Source: Candidatus Phycocordibacter aenigmaticus (GTDB lineage Bacteria; Patescibacteriota; Minisyncoccia; Phycocordibacterales; Phycocordibacteraceae). Taken from it: a stretch of DNA of 64,000 nucleotides. A model generated the notes under the pieces. That model saw nothing but the letters and a program-made list of their open reading frames with translations. It was not told the DNA's origin and did not search any database. Positions 8,770 through 20,591 of this stretch are shown piece by piece (position 1 is the stretch's first letter; the number at the start of each line of letters is the position of its first letter). Made by a program: the position numbers and the translations under genes. The stretch is taken from the NCBI GenBank assembly GCA_045401115.1, contig CP174359.1, forward strand, positions 50,117 through 114,116. Reading direction: 5' to 3'.

Positions 8770-9357
8770 TTAAAACAACTTTTCAGGTGATGCATCTTTG
8801 GTGAAGTAAAAAAGCTCCGCTGGATTAATAACAAATGCACCAAGCGCTTCCTTCCAAGAAACCCCGTACCACGATGCATAGAGCATGGTGGCGATACCGC
8901 GATGGGTCACCAGACAAACCTTTCCAGCTCCAGAAACCTCTTTCAACGATTGAAGGAGTGTATGTGCACGTTCAAAAAGTTCATCGAAGGTTTCTCCTTC
9001 CGGCGGATGGAGAAAGAATACACGATCGTTGACGCTATATGTTTCCCCTTGATATATCTGTTCTGCCTGAGGTACGGTTTTACCAGTAAGCACCCCTATA
9101 TTACGTTCATGTAAATTTTCTTCAATACGTGGCAACGGCTGTCCACCTACTTCATGGAGTATATGTGCAGTATCCAGTGCGCGTTGTAACGGGGAAGAAA
9201 ATATGCTCTCAAAACGCAGTGGGCTTTGATGCAGTTGCTGCGCTAAAAGACGTGCCTGTTCTTTTCCCCGATCGGTTAATGCAGCGTCATGAGTACCGTT
9301 AAACCGACCCATCGCTGTATCTGTATCTTCACCGTGCCGCGCAATGAAAAGTTCCAT
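8770..9357 (-). CDS. Histidine phosphatase family protein (phosphoglycerate-mutase-like)
   Basis: N-terminal LFIARHGE (RHG catalytic motif), a downstream His (LVTHRG) and branch-1 histidine phosphatase layout. Confidence 0.7.
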   Translation of the reverse strand: MELFIARHGEDTDTAMGRFNGTHDAALTDRGKEQARLLAQQLHQSPLRFESIFSSPLQRALDTAHILHEVGGQPLPRIEENLHERNIGVLTGKTVPQAEQIYQGETYSVNDRVFFLHPPEGETFDELFERAHTLLQSLKEVSGAGKVCLVTHRGIATMLYASWYGVSWKEALGAFVINPAELFYFTKDASPEKLF

Positions 9358-9366
9358 ATGGAAAAC

Positions 9367-10517
9367 TTAGGCTGCAGCTTCTTCGATGTACTCGGCACCC
9401 TCCTCGTTTTCATGAAGTGCGTCCTCTTCTTCGCTCTCAACCTGTTCTTTATGTCTCAGACTCACCAACACTGAGTTACCGAGCAATAGACGAGGTTCTT
9501 TGGCACGAGTAAATGTATCCATAATATGTGTCACGCGCTCTTCAGTGTATGCAGTTCCCTCAACCATATTAAAGAATGTATCAAGGACTATTGCTTCTTC
9601 TTCAGAAACCGCAACAACGGCCAGGATCGCTTCTTTAAGGATACGGAATGCGCGTTGCATATCCCCTTCCTGTAGCGCTTCAACTAAGAGCGCTTCGATA
9701 CCATGCTCAAAAATATACGCATCAATTGCTTCGTCATACAGGCCGAGTATTTCCTTTGCACGGCGATGTGCAATACTTTTTTCGGAGTACTCTTCTTTGC
9801 CATCCAGGTCGGGACGATCAGGGATTACCTCTTCATCTATCCACGAAAGATAGGATAGACCGGATGCGATGCCAACTGGCTGACTTGCTTCTGGATCAAG
9901 TTCAAGTCCCGCTTCTTCCCATAATACTTCCCAATCATCAATAATAAGTTTACTGACGTGGGACGAGGTACGTTTCTCTTCCACGTAGGCAAAATCAAAG
10001 AGGTCGATTTTGTACATACTCGGAATCACAAAAAATGCTGTGCCGTCTTTGCTCAATACGCGCGCCACTTCTGTGAACGCTTTTTGTGGATCGGGAACGT
10101 GCTCAATAACATCGGCACAGACAACTGCTTCCACTGATTCATCCTCAAAAGGCAGGTTTTCGATATCAGCAACGTACCCTTCCACCTCTTCATAGATTCC
10201 CTCAGGTGGTACCCCTAAATCGTGTGCGGTTTTTGGGTCAAAGTAATCCGGAATCAAATCAACGCCGATATAATTAATGTCATGCTTTTCAAGCTGCGTA
10301 CGGAGTGAGCCTTCTGCACGAATAATACCGGAAACATTACCCCCAATATCAACCACATGCGTAGCACCATCTTCAGCACACTTCTCGGCAATCAGTCTAT
10401 TTTTATAACGCGTGTACGTTGCGCCAAGTGTACGCTCGATATACTTACGCGCGTATTCAGCATCGTAGTGCTCCAAAGGAACAGCATTATGTGAAATAGG
10501 TGGTTTTTCTTGAGACA
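9367..10517 (-). CDS. Class I SAM-dependent methyltransferase with long acidic C-terminal extension
   Basis: VVDIGGNVSG (motif I), VVCADVIEHVPDP (motif II/III) and FFVIP (post-II). Start chosen at MSQEKPP (ATG 10515-10517) to avoid overlap with the upstream NUDIX gene. Confidence 0.65.
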
Positions 10518-10538
10518 TAGAGATATATAAAATGCGTG

Positions 10539-11039
10539 TTACACGCAGACCTTTGCAATCCACTGCGGAGTGCTGAATACAAATTCAGCCGGGTTTGCTT
10601 CAAATCGTTTAATTACTTCTTCTTTTGGGAGCCATTCGACTTTTTGCGTCTCTTCTTCGTTAAGTGTGAAATTATTCTCATACTCGGCAAGTTGATAATG
10701 ATACCACTGCAAAAAATACTCGTTTTCAGTACCGTGCATTGCAAGTCGTTCCCCCGTGGTTAATTTCGCAGGATCGAGTGTTACCCCTATTTCCTCTTGA
10801 GTTTCTCGAAGAATAGTATCGAGGAATGATTCATTCTCTTCTACAATACCGTGCACTGCCGGACCCCAGCAACCAGGGTCGCGATTTTCCTGCAGCGAAC
10901 GCTGCGCAATCAATACGTCACCTTGTGCATTAGTGGCCCACAACGCTACCGCACAGAAGAGGTCGCCGGCGGCGATGTCTTCTTTTCGTTTTGCCGTAAT
11001 CGGATGACAATGAGTATTTACAATAACTACACGAGGCAT
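10539..11039 (-). CDS. NUDIX hydrolase
   Basis: Nudix box G-x5-E-x7-REtqEEiG is present as GIVEENESFLDTILRETQEEIGV. Confidence 0.8.
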   Translation of the reverse strand: MPRVVIVNTHCHPITAKRKEDIAAGDLFCAVALWATNAQGDVLIAQRSLQENRDPGCWGPAVHGIVEENESFLDTILRETQEEIGVTLDPAKLTTGERLAMHGTENEYFLQWYHYQLAEYENNFTLNEEETQKVEWLPKEEVIKRFEANPAEFVFSTPQWIAKVCV

Positions 11040-11212
11040 GTATTAGAACATACAATAAAATATTGGATGTGTCAATTAGTATTTTATTTATACGAATCAA
11101 AATAAGGATGATTTGTAATGTTGTAATGTATTTTTAAAAACTACTCCAAAGAAAAAAGCGCCGAGAAAGCGGCACTTGTAATGAATCATACTCACTCAGA
11201 GAGAGTATTTTT

Positions 11213-11389
11213 TTATTTATGCTTGTGATTCTGTGGGCAATGCTCACGAAAACGTCCCCAACATTTCTTGGTGCCAACTGGGTTATGCGCACCACACTCA
11301 CATTCCCAGTACTTTTCTTGGTTATTTGCACTGCTCTGTTCACGAACAAGTGATGATACTGATGCTGCTGATACGCCTTCTAAGCTCAT
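11213..11389 (-). CDS. Hypothetical small Cys-rich (zinc-ribbon-like) protein downstream of 16S
   Basis: MSLEGVS...KYWECECGAHNPVGTKKCWGRFREHCPQNHKHK, a CxC...C...C/H cluster. Start taken at the internal Met of ORF 11213..11443. Confidence 0.3.
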   Translation of the reverse strand: MSLEGVSAASVSSLVREQSSANNQEKYWECECGAHNPVGTKKCWGRFREHCPQNHKHK

Positions 11390-11669
11390 ACTGATTTTTG
11401 TTTTTATTGTTCTATCTGAATATCTGAACACCAGAAAAATCACTCGTTACAGTTGCTGTACTAGTGGTTTTATTATACCTGTTTTAGAAAAATTGTCAAG
11501 TAAGTAAAGATACTTACCTCTCTTCTGCTTTAGATTCTATCTGCCGTGTCGATAATCGGCAAAACCGGATATGTTTCAGAGCAGACATATCAGTGCTCGT
11601 TCTGCGCTCGATCGAGACGCACAACACCGACCATGTTAACCACTACTCAATGAGTAGCGATGGTTCCAC

Positions 11670-13127
<1,458 letters not shown>

Positions 13128-13683
13128 ATTAACTAAAGTTAATCGATAGAACTAAAGCAGAAGAGAAACAAGTACATGCTTTTCTTCTACTATTGGGAAA
13201 TTTCCTTATATCACCGATGTGGTGAACATTCAGGAAACTTCTTCTCACAATTTTTCCTTTTCCAGTTGAGATCGAATGAACGATCTCTTCTTTGTTTCAG
13301 GTTTGATTCCGTACAAAGGGCGGGCAGCCCAATGCACGGAATCGGGTGCCCCACGGTTGGATGATGTGGGGCACTATGCTGGTATTCAATTTTCAAAGTT
13401 CGTCCCGGGGATTGAAAAAGCCGGGGCTTTCACCTCGGCATTGAACATACGTGGATAGCGTTTCTTCTATATACGAATATTCATAATGCCAAGATTAAAC
13501 GCACTCGTAAGTGCGTGAAGCGCATTGTATAGGAGTTCACATGTACTGTCAACACGTACACAAAAAGACATTCTGTGGTGTATTTCCTCATTAAAAAAGT
13601 ATTTGGGAGTTTCTTTTTTATCCCGTTTTATCTCTGTTTCGGGATTGAGTAAAGCGTGTGGGAGCGGTATACTTTTTGGAGCT

Positions 13684-14382
13684 ATGCCTGACGCTGAGAC
13701 TATTGTTATTTCTGTTGGAGGATCATTAATTGTCCCCTCTCAAGGTGACGGCACTCCTGATACTGCTTTTTTAGAATCACTTCGTGCATTTGTTGCGCAA
13801 AGTGTCGCTGAAGAAAAACGCCTGGTCTTGATTGCCGGTGGCGGAAAAACCGCCAGACTTTACCAAAGCGCTCTTGAAGGGTTTGTGGAGATTAATCCAG
13901 ACGATCAGGATTGGATCGGTATCCATGCCACCCGACTAAACGGGCAGCTGTTGAAAATCGCGCTCAAAGGCTACGCAGAGGAATTTCTAGTGACTAATCC
14001 AAATGAACTCCCTCGCTCAGATAAACCGGTCATTGTCGGCGGTGGTTACAAACCCGGCGCCTCAACCGATTTGCGTGCGGTGCAAATAGCAAAAAACATA
14101 GGAGCGAAAAAAGTAGTGAATCTTTCAAATATAGATTATGCGTATACAGCTGACCCGAACGAGGACCCGTCGGCGCAAAAAATTGAAGAGATGCGGTGGG
14201 ATGAATTTTTGAGTCTTATTCCATCCGAATGGTCACCAGGACTGTCTTCACCTTTTGACCCTATTGCTTCGCGTGAAGCACAGGCGGCAGGTATGGAGGT
14301 GGCGATTATTAACGGCACTAAACTTGAGGAAGTGAAAAAGTATTTGAATGATGAGCCGTTCGTGGGGAGTTTAGTGCGGTAA
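13684..14382 (+). CDS. pyrH: UMP kinase PyrH (amino-acid kinase family)
   Basis: IVISVGGSL, LVLIAGGGKTAR and VIVGGGYKPGASTD motifs; GGAG lies 5 nt upstream of ATG 13684. The ORF-track start 13525 is an unlikely TTG extension. Confidence 0.8.
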   Translation: MPDAETIVISVGGSLIVPSQGDGTPDTAFLESLRAFVAQSVAEEKRLVLIAGGGKTARLYQSALEGFVEINPDDQDWIGIHATRLNGQLLKIALKGYAEEFLVTNPNELPRSDKPVIVGGGYKPGASTDLRAVQIAKNIGAKKVVNLSNIDYAYTADPNEDPSAQKIEEMRWDEFLSLIPSEWSPGLSSPFDPIASREAQAAGMEVAIINGTKLEEVKKYLNDEPFVGSLVR

Positions 14383-14396
14383 GGAATGTGAGGGAT

Positions 14397-14432
14397 AAAA
14401 AACAGCGCCGGCGGAGCCGGCGCTGTTTTTTT
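14397..14432. terminator. Bidirectional rho-independent terminator between pyrH and the convergent kinase gene
   Basis: aacagcgccggc-gga-gccggcgctgtt with A runs 5' and T runs 3'. Confidence 0.7.
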
Positions 14433-14991
14433 ATAGGCGTTCTTGTATTTTTTTTAATACTGTTTCTATCTGTGTTTCGAGTTCTTTAAACGTGCCATTG
14501 TTCATGAGCACGTAATCAGCCATAGTGATGACCTGTGTCTTTTGCATACCGTGTGGGTCAGGGTCGTTATTTTCGAGTGCTTCGTGTTCTTTAAATTGTT
14601 CAAAGCTTACCTGGTCTGACGATGAGCGACGCGCCTGGACACGCTCGTAGCGAAGCGCCTGGTCAGCATCAACCGCAAGAAGTATACCGCCAGCGTCCTG
14701 TAGAGTCTGTGCTTCTGCTACTGTGCGGAGCGAATCGATAGCTATTTTTGTGTCCCCTGTCTTTTCAGCGCGGTCAAGAAAAAAGCGTACCACGTAATCA
14801 TTGCCATGTTGTGCACGAAGATCATTAGCAACCAGACGCATATGCACACGGTCGTTTGGCAAGCTTCGCTTTTCTATTTCTTCTATTAATAAGGCGCGGG
14901 CGTGATAGTGTGCGAAACCTTTTTCTTTTACTAAATAATCAACAACGGTCCCCTTCCCTGCGCCATCTGTTCCGGTTACGCCAATGATCAT
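14431..14991 (-). CDS. P-loop nucleotide kinase, dephospho-CoA kinase (CoaE)-like
   Basis: MIIGVTGTDGAGKGTVVDYL Walker A, LLAVDADQALRYERVQAR and ADYVLMNNGT align to the CoaE core motifs. Confidence 0.5.
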   Translation of the reverse strand: MIIGVTGTDGAGKGTVVDYLVKEKGFAHYHARALLIEEIEKRSLPNDRVHMRLVANDLRAQHGNDYVVRFFLDRAEKTGDTKIAIDSLRTVAEAQTLQDAGGILLAVDADQALRYERVQARRSSSDQVSFEQFKEHEALENNDPDPHGMQKTQVITMADYVLMNNGTFKELETQIETVLKKIQERL

Positions 14992-14999
14992 AGTGTAAT

Positions 15000-15896
15000 C
15001 TATGCCTTCTTTTTACCCATTTTTTCAATCATCACCAATAGTGGCGACGCAAAGAATATAGACGAGTATGCACCGGCAGCAACCCCGACAAGTAGCGCGA
15101 GTGCGAAGTCCTCGGTTTGTGACCCGCCAAAGAAGAAGAGTGCGAGAAGTACCAAAATAGTGGTGAGTGACGTGTTAATGGAGCGGGCATAGGTTTGTGT
15201 GAGGCTACGACCAACGACACTTTCAAACGCTTCTTCTTTTTCAGCTTCTTGATTGCGGCGAAGGTTTTCGCGAATACGATCCATAACGACAATTGTGTCG
15301 TTCACCGAATAGCCGAGCACAGTAAGCAATGCGACTACAAAGAGTGCGCCCACCTCAACGTTGAGGAAGTAGCCGAGCAGTACGAATACACCAACCGGCA
15401 TGAGTACATCAAAGGCGAGTGTTGCAAGTGTCACTAACCCATACACCCAACTGGAGACCGGTTTTGATACACGCCAAAATGCAATTGCCACAAACGTAAT
15501 AATACCGAGTGCGACTAAGAGGAGTGCGATTAACGCTTTGCGTAACAGTTCATCACCGAGCGTAGGCCCAACAGTTGATACGCGTAATATATGCGTGTCT
15601 TCTCCAAGCGCATTGACGCTCGTTTCAATGGTAGAAAGTTGTGCCGGGGTCAGTTCAGGAGTGCGTATAATAAATCCATCATCAGTAGGACGGATCGATG
15701 GCACCGCCTGTACCACATCCGTTATATTTTGAGAAATGGTCTCACGTGAAGTGGTTTCAGCACCAACCTCAATTAAGGTACCTCCAGTGAAGTCAATTGA
15801 TGGTTTCAGTCCAAATACACCAAGAACAATAAGTGCGGTGAGTACCAACACCAGTGCTAGTGAGGCAAATATTTTTCTAAAAGCAATAACAAACAT
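15000..15896 (-). CDS. secF: Protein-export membrane protein SecF
   Basis: IDFTGGTLIEV SecF N-terminal motif and six TM segments; lies immediately downstream of secD. Confidence 0.85.
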   Translation of the reverse strand: MFVIAFRKIFASLALVLVLTALIVLGVFGLKPSIDFTGGTLIEVGAETTSRETISQNITDVVQAVPSIRPTDDGFIIRTPELTPAQLSTIETSVNALGEDTHILRVSTVGPTLGDELLRKALIALLLVALGIITFVAIAFWRVSKPVSSWVYGLVTLATLAFDVLMPVGVFVLLGYFLNVEVGALFVVALLTVLGYSVNDTIVVMDRIRENLRRNQEAEKEEAFESVVGRSLTQTYARSINTSLTTILVLLALFFFGGSQTEDFALALLVGVAAGAYSSIFFASPLLVMIEKMGKKKA

Positions 15897-15899
15897 ATT

Positions 15900-17234
15900 T
15901 TATTTTACAATATTAATACCACTACCAAAGAATAATTTTGCGCGACTGCGGGTCCAATCAAATGCAAGCGATAAGAGGAGTGTTCGAGAAATAAGTACCG
16001 CTGAAAGCATTGACATGAGTACCCCTAAACCGAACACGAGTGCAAAGCCTTTGATAAGGGTTGTCCCGAACCAAAAGAGCACGAACGCCGAGATAAGACT
16101 CGAAAGGTTTGAGTCGCGAATTGAAGGCCATGCCCGACGAAATCCTTCTCTAATTGCATCCTCAAGAGTGCGCCCTGCGCGCAGCTCTTCTTTCATGCGC
16201 TCAAAAATAAGAATGTTAGCGTCCACTGCCATACCAACCGAGAGGATGAACGCGGCGATACCTGCTGCGGTGAGTGTTACCGGAATCACCTTAAAGAGTG
16301 ATAACACAATTGCGCCATAAATAAGGAGTGCGAGCACGGCAACAAACCCTGGCACGCGGTACCAAAGAATCATAAAAATGCCGACGAGGATAAACCCGAT
16401 AAGTCCTGCCATAATGCCAGCAGCGGTTGTTTCAGCGCCAAGCGTTGGACCAATAGATGATGAAGAGATAAGTGCAATAGGTACCGGCAACGCACCGAAA
16501 TTAAGGTCACGGACTAATTCTCGTGCTTCTTCAGGAGTAAAAGCGCCGCTGATGGTAGCAACGCCACCAGGAATCTCTTGTTGAATGACCGGGAGTGAGA
16601 TTGCCGCCCCATCAAGGAAAATGCCTAAGACCTCGCCGACGTTTTCTGAGGTAATGGTTGCGAACAGTTCAGCGCCTTCGGAATTAAAGTGTAGGACGAC
16701 GATTGGTTCGTTTGAAAGACCGCCACTTTGTGACTGGCCGAAATCAAGTTGGGCGCGTTCAACGAAACGACCAGTGAGACCTGTGTCAGAAAATACTGGA
16801 GTCCCCGCTTCGTCTGCCCCTTCTTGAATACGGAATTCAAGGATAGGAGTTTCGCCGATAACGGCCACGGCTTCTTCGATGTCGGTGACACCTGGGAGTT
16901 CAACCACTAAACGGCGATCGCCTGAGAAGGTTGTTTCGGTTTGTACCACTGGTTCGGAGACACCGAAGAGGTTGGTGCGGCGTTCAACCACTTCACGCAG
17001 TGCGCTCATGGCGTCGTCTACTTCATGTTGAGGAACTGATTCGATGTCTGCTTGGTAGACCAAGTGTGTGCCGCCGGCCAAATCAAGACCGAGACGGAAT
17101 GGGAATCGCGCATCCTCTCCTTGTGAGGTATATAAAAAACCTCCTAACAGGCCACCTAAAAGAATAAGAATGACGCCAAAAACTCTCGTTCGTATCATAT
17201 AGGGCAGTATGCCCTTTTGGGCAAAAAAAATCAA
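15900..17234 (-). CDS. secD: Protein translocase subunit SecD
   Basis: LGLDLAGGTHLVYQA, periplasmic domain and C-terminal SecD/F TM bundle. Confidence 0.85.
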   Translation of the reverse strand: MIFFAQKGILPYMIRTRVFGVILILLGGLLGGFLYTSQGEDARFPFRLGLDLAGGTHLVYQADIESVPQHEVDDAMSALREVVERRTNLFGVSEPVVQTETTFSGDRRLVVELPGVTDIEEAVAVIGETPILEFRIQEGADEAGTPVFSDTGLTGRFVERAQLDFGQSQSGGLSNEPIVVLHFNSEGAELFATITSENVGEVLGIFLDGAAISLPVIQQEIPGGVATISGAFTPEEARELVRDLNFGALPVPIALISSSSIGPTLGAETTAAGIMAGLIGFILVGIFMILWYRVPGFVAVLALLIYGAIVLSLFKVIPVTLTAAGIAAFILSVGMAVDANILIFERMKEELRAGRTLEDAIREGFRRAWPSIRDSNLSSLISAFVLFWFGTTLIKGFALVFGLGVLMSMLSAVLISRTLLLSLAFDWTRSRAKLFFGSGINIVK

Positions 17235-17255
17235 AGGGTAATCTTGTCGCCTGTT

Positions 17256-18068
17256 TTAATGTTTTTGTGCCAACGTAATGAGATTTTTAAGCAACATAAC
17301 CACTGTAACCGGGCCAATACCGCCGGGAACCGGTGTAAATAAGGATGCTTTCTCAGCGCAATGTGGATCGGCATCCCCTTTTAGAGACCCGCCCGCTTCA
17401 GAGGTGCCTGCATCAAGAATGCATACTCCTTCTGAAATCATATCTGGTGTGAGAATACCGGGCGCGCCAGCTCCAAGTACAATAATTTCTGCGTCAATGG
17501 TCTTTTCTTTTATAGCATCGTCACGTTCAACAACTACAACCTCGGCACCTTGTGTTCGTAACCAATGTGCTACAGGCTTCCCCACTAACTGACCGTTGCC
17601 TATGACGACAGTCTTTTTTCCTTTAAGTGGTATTGCATGATGTGACAATATTTCAGCACACACACCAACCACCGGCGGGAGGATATGTGTCACTCCTTTG
17701 TAATATGCCTGTGTTGCAGTACACGACAACATATCAATATCATATGCTATCGGCACTGCATCTAATACGGCAGAACGATCAATATGTGTTGGAAGCGGTA
17801 ATTGCACGATATAGCCGTCAGTGTTTTTTATGTGCTCAGTAATTGCCGATACTAAATCTTCAGTGCTGATTGATGAGGGAAATTGGTTGATTTGAATTTG
17901 AATGCCAATTTCTTGTGCTACTTGTTTTTTAAGCCCTACATACCGACCGGATACAGGATTCTCGCCCACAATACAAACACCGAGGACGGGCGTTTTAGGA
18001 AGTGTGGCAACTTCCTTTTTAAGCTCTGCAGCAAGCAGAGCGGCGAATTGTTTACCGTCAAAAATCAT
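17256..18068 (-). CDS. folD: Bifunctional methylenetetrahydrofolate dehydrogenase/cyclohydrolase FolD
   Basis: GRYVGLKKQ, VIGNGQLVGKP and PVPGGIGPVTVVML motifs. Confidence 0.9.
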   Translation of the reverse strand: MIFDGKQFAALLAAELKKEVATLPKTPVLGVCIVGENPVSGRYVGLKKQVAQEIGIQIQINQFPSSISTEDLVSAITEHIKNTDGYIVQLPLPTHIDRSAVLDAVPIAYDIDMLSCTATQAYYKGVTHILPPVVGVCAEILSHHAIPLKGKKTVVIGNGQLVGKPVAHWLRTQGAEVVVVERDDAIKEKTIDAEIIVLGAGAPGILTPDMISEGVCILDAGTSEAGGSLKGDADPHCAEKASLFTPVPGGIGPVTVVMLLKNLITLAQKH

Positions 18069-18071
18069 TGT

Positions 18072-19145
18072 TTAGTGGGAGCCTTCTTTCGGTACTACAT
18101 GGGTATACCGACCTTCGGTGGTAGTGAACGCTTCTTTTGATGAATACGCGTAGGTGTGTCCCAGTTCCTTCGTCACCTTTGACCCGTCCATTACTATCGG
18201 GTAGCAGTAGAAGCGCCATGCGCCTGCTGCGGTTGGTACCTTGCCGAAAGTAAGATGGCGCATGAAGAAGAATGCGAGCCGCACAACCCACGGCGGAAGG
18301 ATTGCTACTTTTTTCCCGGTTGCTTCACCCATATCTTCTGGCACTACCACCGCCCCAGGTGGCGCAAGGTTATAGAGCGCCACGTCTTCAGGGGCACCTT
18401 CAAATGTAAGTTTTGTAATGATATCTGCAATGTCATCTTCATGAATAAACTGCCGGCACCATTTTTTAGTTGCAGGTATAAAAGACGTAAGCACACTGAC
18501 AATGCCATACACAAAACTTCCTTTTAGTTTTCCAGATAGCGCTGCTTGTAAACCGAAACGGATACGACCATACCGACCACGTGGGCCACTAATAGCAGCA
18601 GGACGAACAATTGAAATTTCTAAATCGTCGCGCTTATCTTTCGCCATTTCTCGTAGCTTCTCTTCAGAGACTCGCTTTTCTTTTGCATAGAGGTACACTT
18701 CGTCGCGCAATGGCGCGTTGTCACTGAATGTATGTGAAATTTCGTTCTTCGGGTCAGCGCCAAACACCGACGCACTACTGAAATGTACGAGCCGTTCAAC
18801 TGATGGCGTTTCAAAAGCGAAGGTGAACACATTTTCTGAGCCGGTCACGTTCCACTTCCATTGTCGCTTCGGGTGCCAGTGAAGATTTCGAATTTGCCAC
18901 GCGGTGTGTACGACTACTGTAGGGTTGTGGGCAGCGACTTGTTCCTGCCACGAGTCGTCCGCGGTATTAGTTTTTATCCAGGTGGTTTTGGGAGCGTCTT
19001 TGACGAATTCTTCGGGGTCCACCATATCAAGCGCGATGATTTCCTTTACATCGTCACGCTTGCTCCACTGATCAACGAGCATTGCGCCAACGTAGCCAGC
19101 CGCGCCGGTAAGTAAAATAGTATGTTTGTGTGTGTTATGTGCCAT
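18072..19145 (-). CDS. NAD-dependent epimerase/dehydratase family protein (extended SDR)
   Basis: ILLTGAAGYVGAML Rossmann motif and YxxxK-type core. Start taken at MAHNTHKHT, giving an 11-nt overlap with the upstream gene. Confidence 0.65.
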   Translation of the reverse strand: MAHNTHKHTILLTGAAGYVGAMLVDQWSKRDDVKEIIALDMVDPEEFVKDAPKTTWIKTNTADDSWQEQVAAHNPTVVVHTAWQIRNLHWHPKRQWKWNVTGSENVFTFAFETPSVERLVHFSSASVFGADPKNEISHTFSDNAPLRDEVYLYAKEKRVSEEKLREMAKDKRDDLEISIVRPAAISGPRGRYGRIRFGLQAALSGKLKGSFVYGIVSVLTSFIPATKKWCRQFIHEDDIADIITKLTFEGAPEDVALYNLAPPGAVVVPEDMGEATGKKVAILPPWVVRLAFFFMRHLTFGKVPTAAGAWRFYCYPIVMDGSKVTKELGHTYAYSSKEAFTTTEGRYTHVVPKEGSH

Positions 19146-20520
19146 GGGGAATAATACGGACAACTAGAGTTTTAATGGTGCGCAATGCAATCGCTATATC
19201 AAGCCATAACGAACGATGCTTTACGTAGTATAAGTCATAGGCAAGTCTTACGCGAGACTCTTCAATTGATTGTGGACTAATATTACCTGGTGCATACCGC
19301 TGATTGATTTGTGCCCATCCTGAAATGCCTGGTGTGACTTTATAACGGGCATTATAAAATGGAATTGCTTCCACAAGCCGCTCAGCTAAACCAACAATAT
19401 CACTTCGTGGTCCAATAAAAGAAACATCTCCTTTGAGGACTGCGAACACCTGCGGTAATTCATCAATAGAAGTTTTACGTAGTAATGCCCCCACTCTTGT
19501 TACTTTATTGTCTTGTTTCTCTTCAATAGTCCATTCGCTTGAAGCTGATTTATTATGAGTCATCGTGCGAAACTTCAAGATATTAATCTTTCGTCCGTTT
19601 TTGCCCATACGTTCTTGTTGAATAAACAGATCCCCCTTACCTTCAAAACGAATCGCCAAGTATACCAATGGAGTAATGACTACTAATACGAGCATGACAG
19701 CAAGAGAGAGCGTGATATCAATACCGCGCTTTGCAGCGTCATATATTGGACGACGGTTTGATTCAAGATTATCAAGAAGCCAATCATGATCTAATTGAGA
19801 AAGCGGCACCCGATCAAACATTTCTTCGTAAAGTTTCCCGAGATTCACAATATGCACCTGTGACTGAACAAATGTGAGGTTATAAAAAAGCGGTGTAAGC
19901 ATATCAGCATATCTTCCGTGCATATCGATTACGATGTCGGAAACGTCACCACCTACTACATGCTTCAATACTTTCTTTTGAACCTCATTTGGGTTTTGGA
20001 TATGGGCCATATCGATAACTTCCATAACTTCCCAACGATACCGCCCGCTATGTTGGATCTCTTCAACCACCTCTTCAAGTTCCTTACCAGTACCAATGAC
20101 GATTGTTTTATTAAGGCGTTTTGGTTCAAACAGCGGGAACAAGAGGAGTCGCCACAATATAACTAACGAAGAAGAGACAAAAAGATAGATAAAAAGATTT
20201 GTTTTAGGCGCAATACCAAAATAAGGAATTAAAAAGAAAAAAGTAGCCGCGAGTACGATATTCACTGCTTGTGCAGCAAGCACAGTGCCGGGGAGTTCTC
20301 GTTTTAAAAAGGCGGTATGTTTCTCATATAACCCAGCTACGAAAAATATAAAAATAAACACCACGAACAGTAGTGAAAATGGCACCAAATGAGTCCAATA
20401 CGAATCCCACGAAGGTACACTGAGATGGCGTAGGAGAAGTGTGAGCCAGAGTGAAAACACTAAAAAAACAACATCTCCTACTACCAACACAAAACGCTCT
20501 CGACGGCGTATATCTTTCAT
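19135..20520 (-). CDS. Polyprenyl-phosphate hexose-1-phosphate transferase (WbaP/bacterial sugar transferase family)
   Basis: N-terminal TM bundle and C-terminal KRGIDITLSLAVMLVL...LKFRTM...DELPQVFAVLKGDVSFIGPR core motifs. Markedly AT-rich. Confidence 0.85.
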   Translation of the reverse strand: MKDIRRRERFVLVVGDVVFLVFSLWLTLLLRHLSVPSWDSYWTHLVPFSLLFVVFIFIFFVAGLYEKHTAFLKRELPGTVLAAQAVNIVLAATFFFLIPYFGIAPKTNLFIYLFVSSSLVILWRLLLFPLFEPKRLNKTIVIGTGKELEEVVEEIQHSGRYRWEVMEVIDMAHIQNPNEVQKKVLKHVVGGDVSDIVIDMHGRYADMLTPLFYNLTFVQSQVHIVNLGKLYEEMFDRVPLSQLDHDWLLDNLESNRRPIYDAAKRGIDITLSLAVMLVLVVITPLVYLAIRFEGKGDLFIQQERMGKNGRKINILKFRTMTHNKSASSEWTIEEKQDNKVTRVGALLRKTSIDELPQVFAVLKGDVSFIGPRSDIVGLAERLVEAIPFYNARYKVTPGISGWAQINQRYAPGNISPQSIEESRVRLAYDLYYVKHRSLWLDIAIALRTIKTLVVRIIPHGT

Positions 20521-20591
20521 CTACTTAATAATACCAACAAGTACCCGAGAAGGATACATCTCTCTGGAAACCTTCAGAATCACGCGGTAGT

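Noticed and set aside
13525-13683. Extended N-terminus of pyrH from ORF-track start 13525
   Set aside because: That start is a TTG, the extension is hydrophobic junk unrelated to UMP kinases, and ATG 13684 has a GGAG SD and yields the canonical N-terminus.
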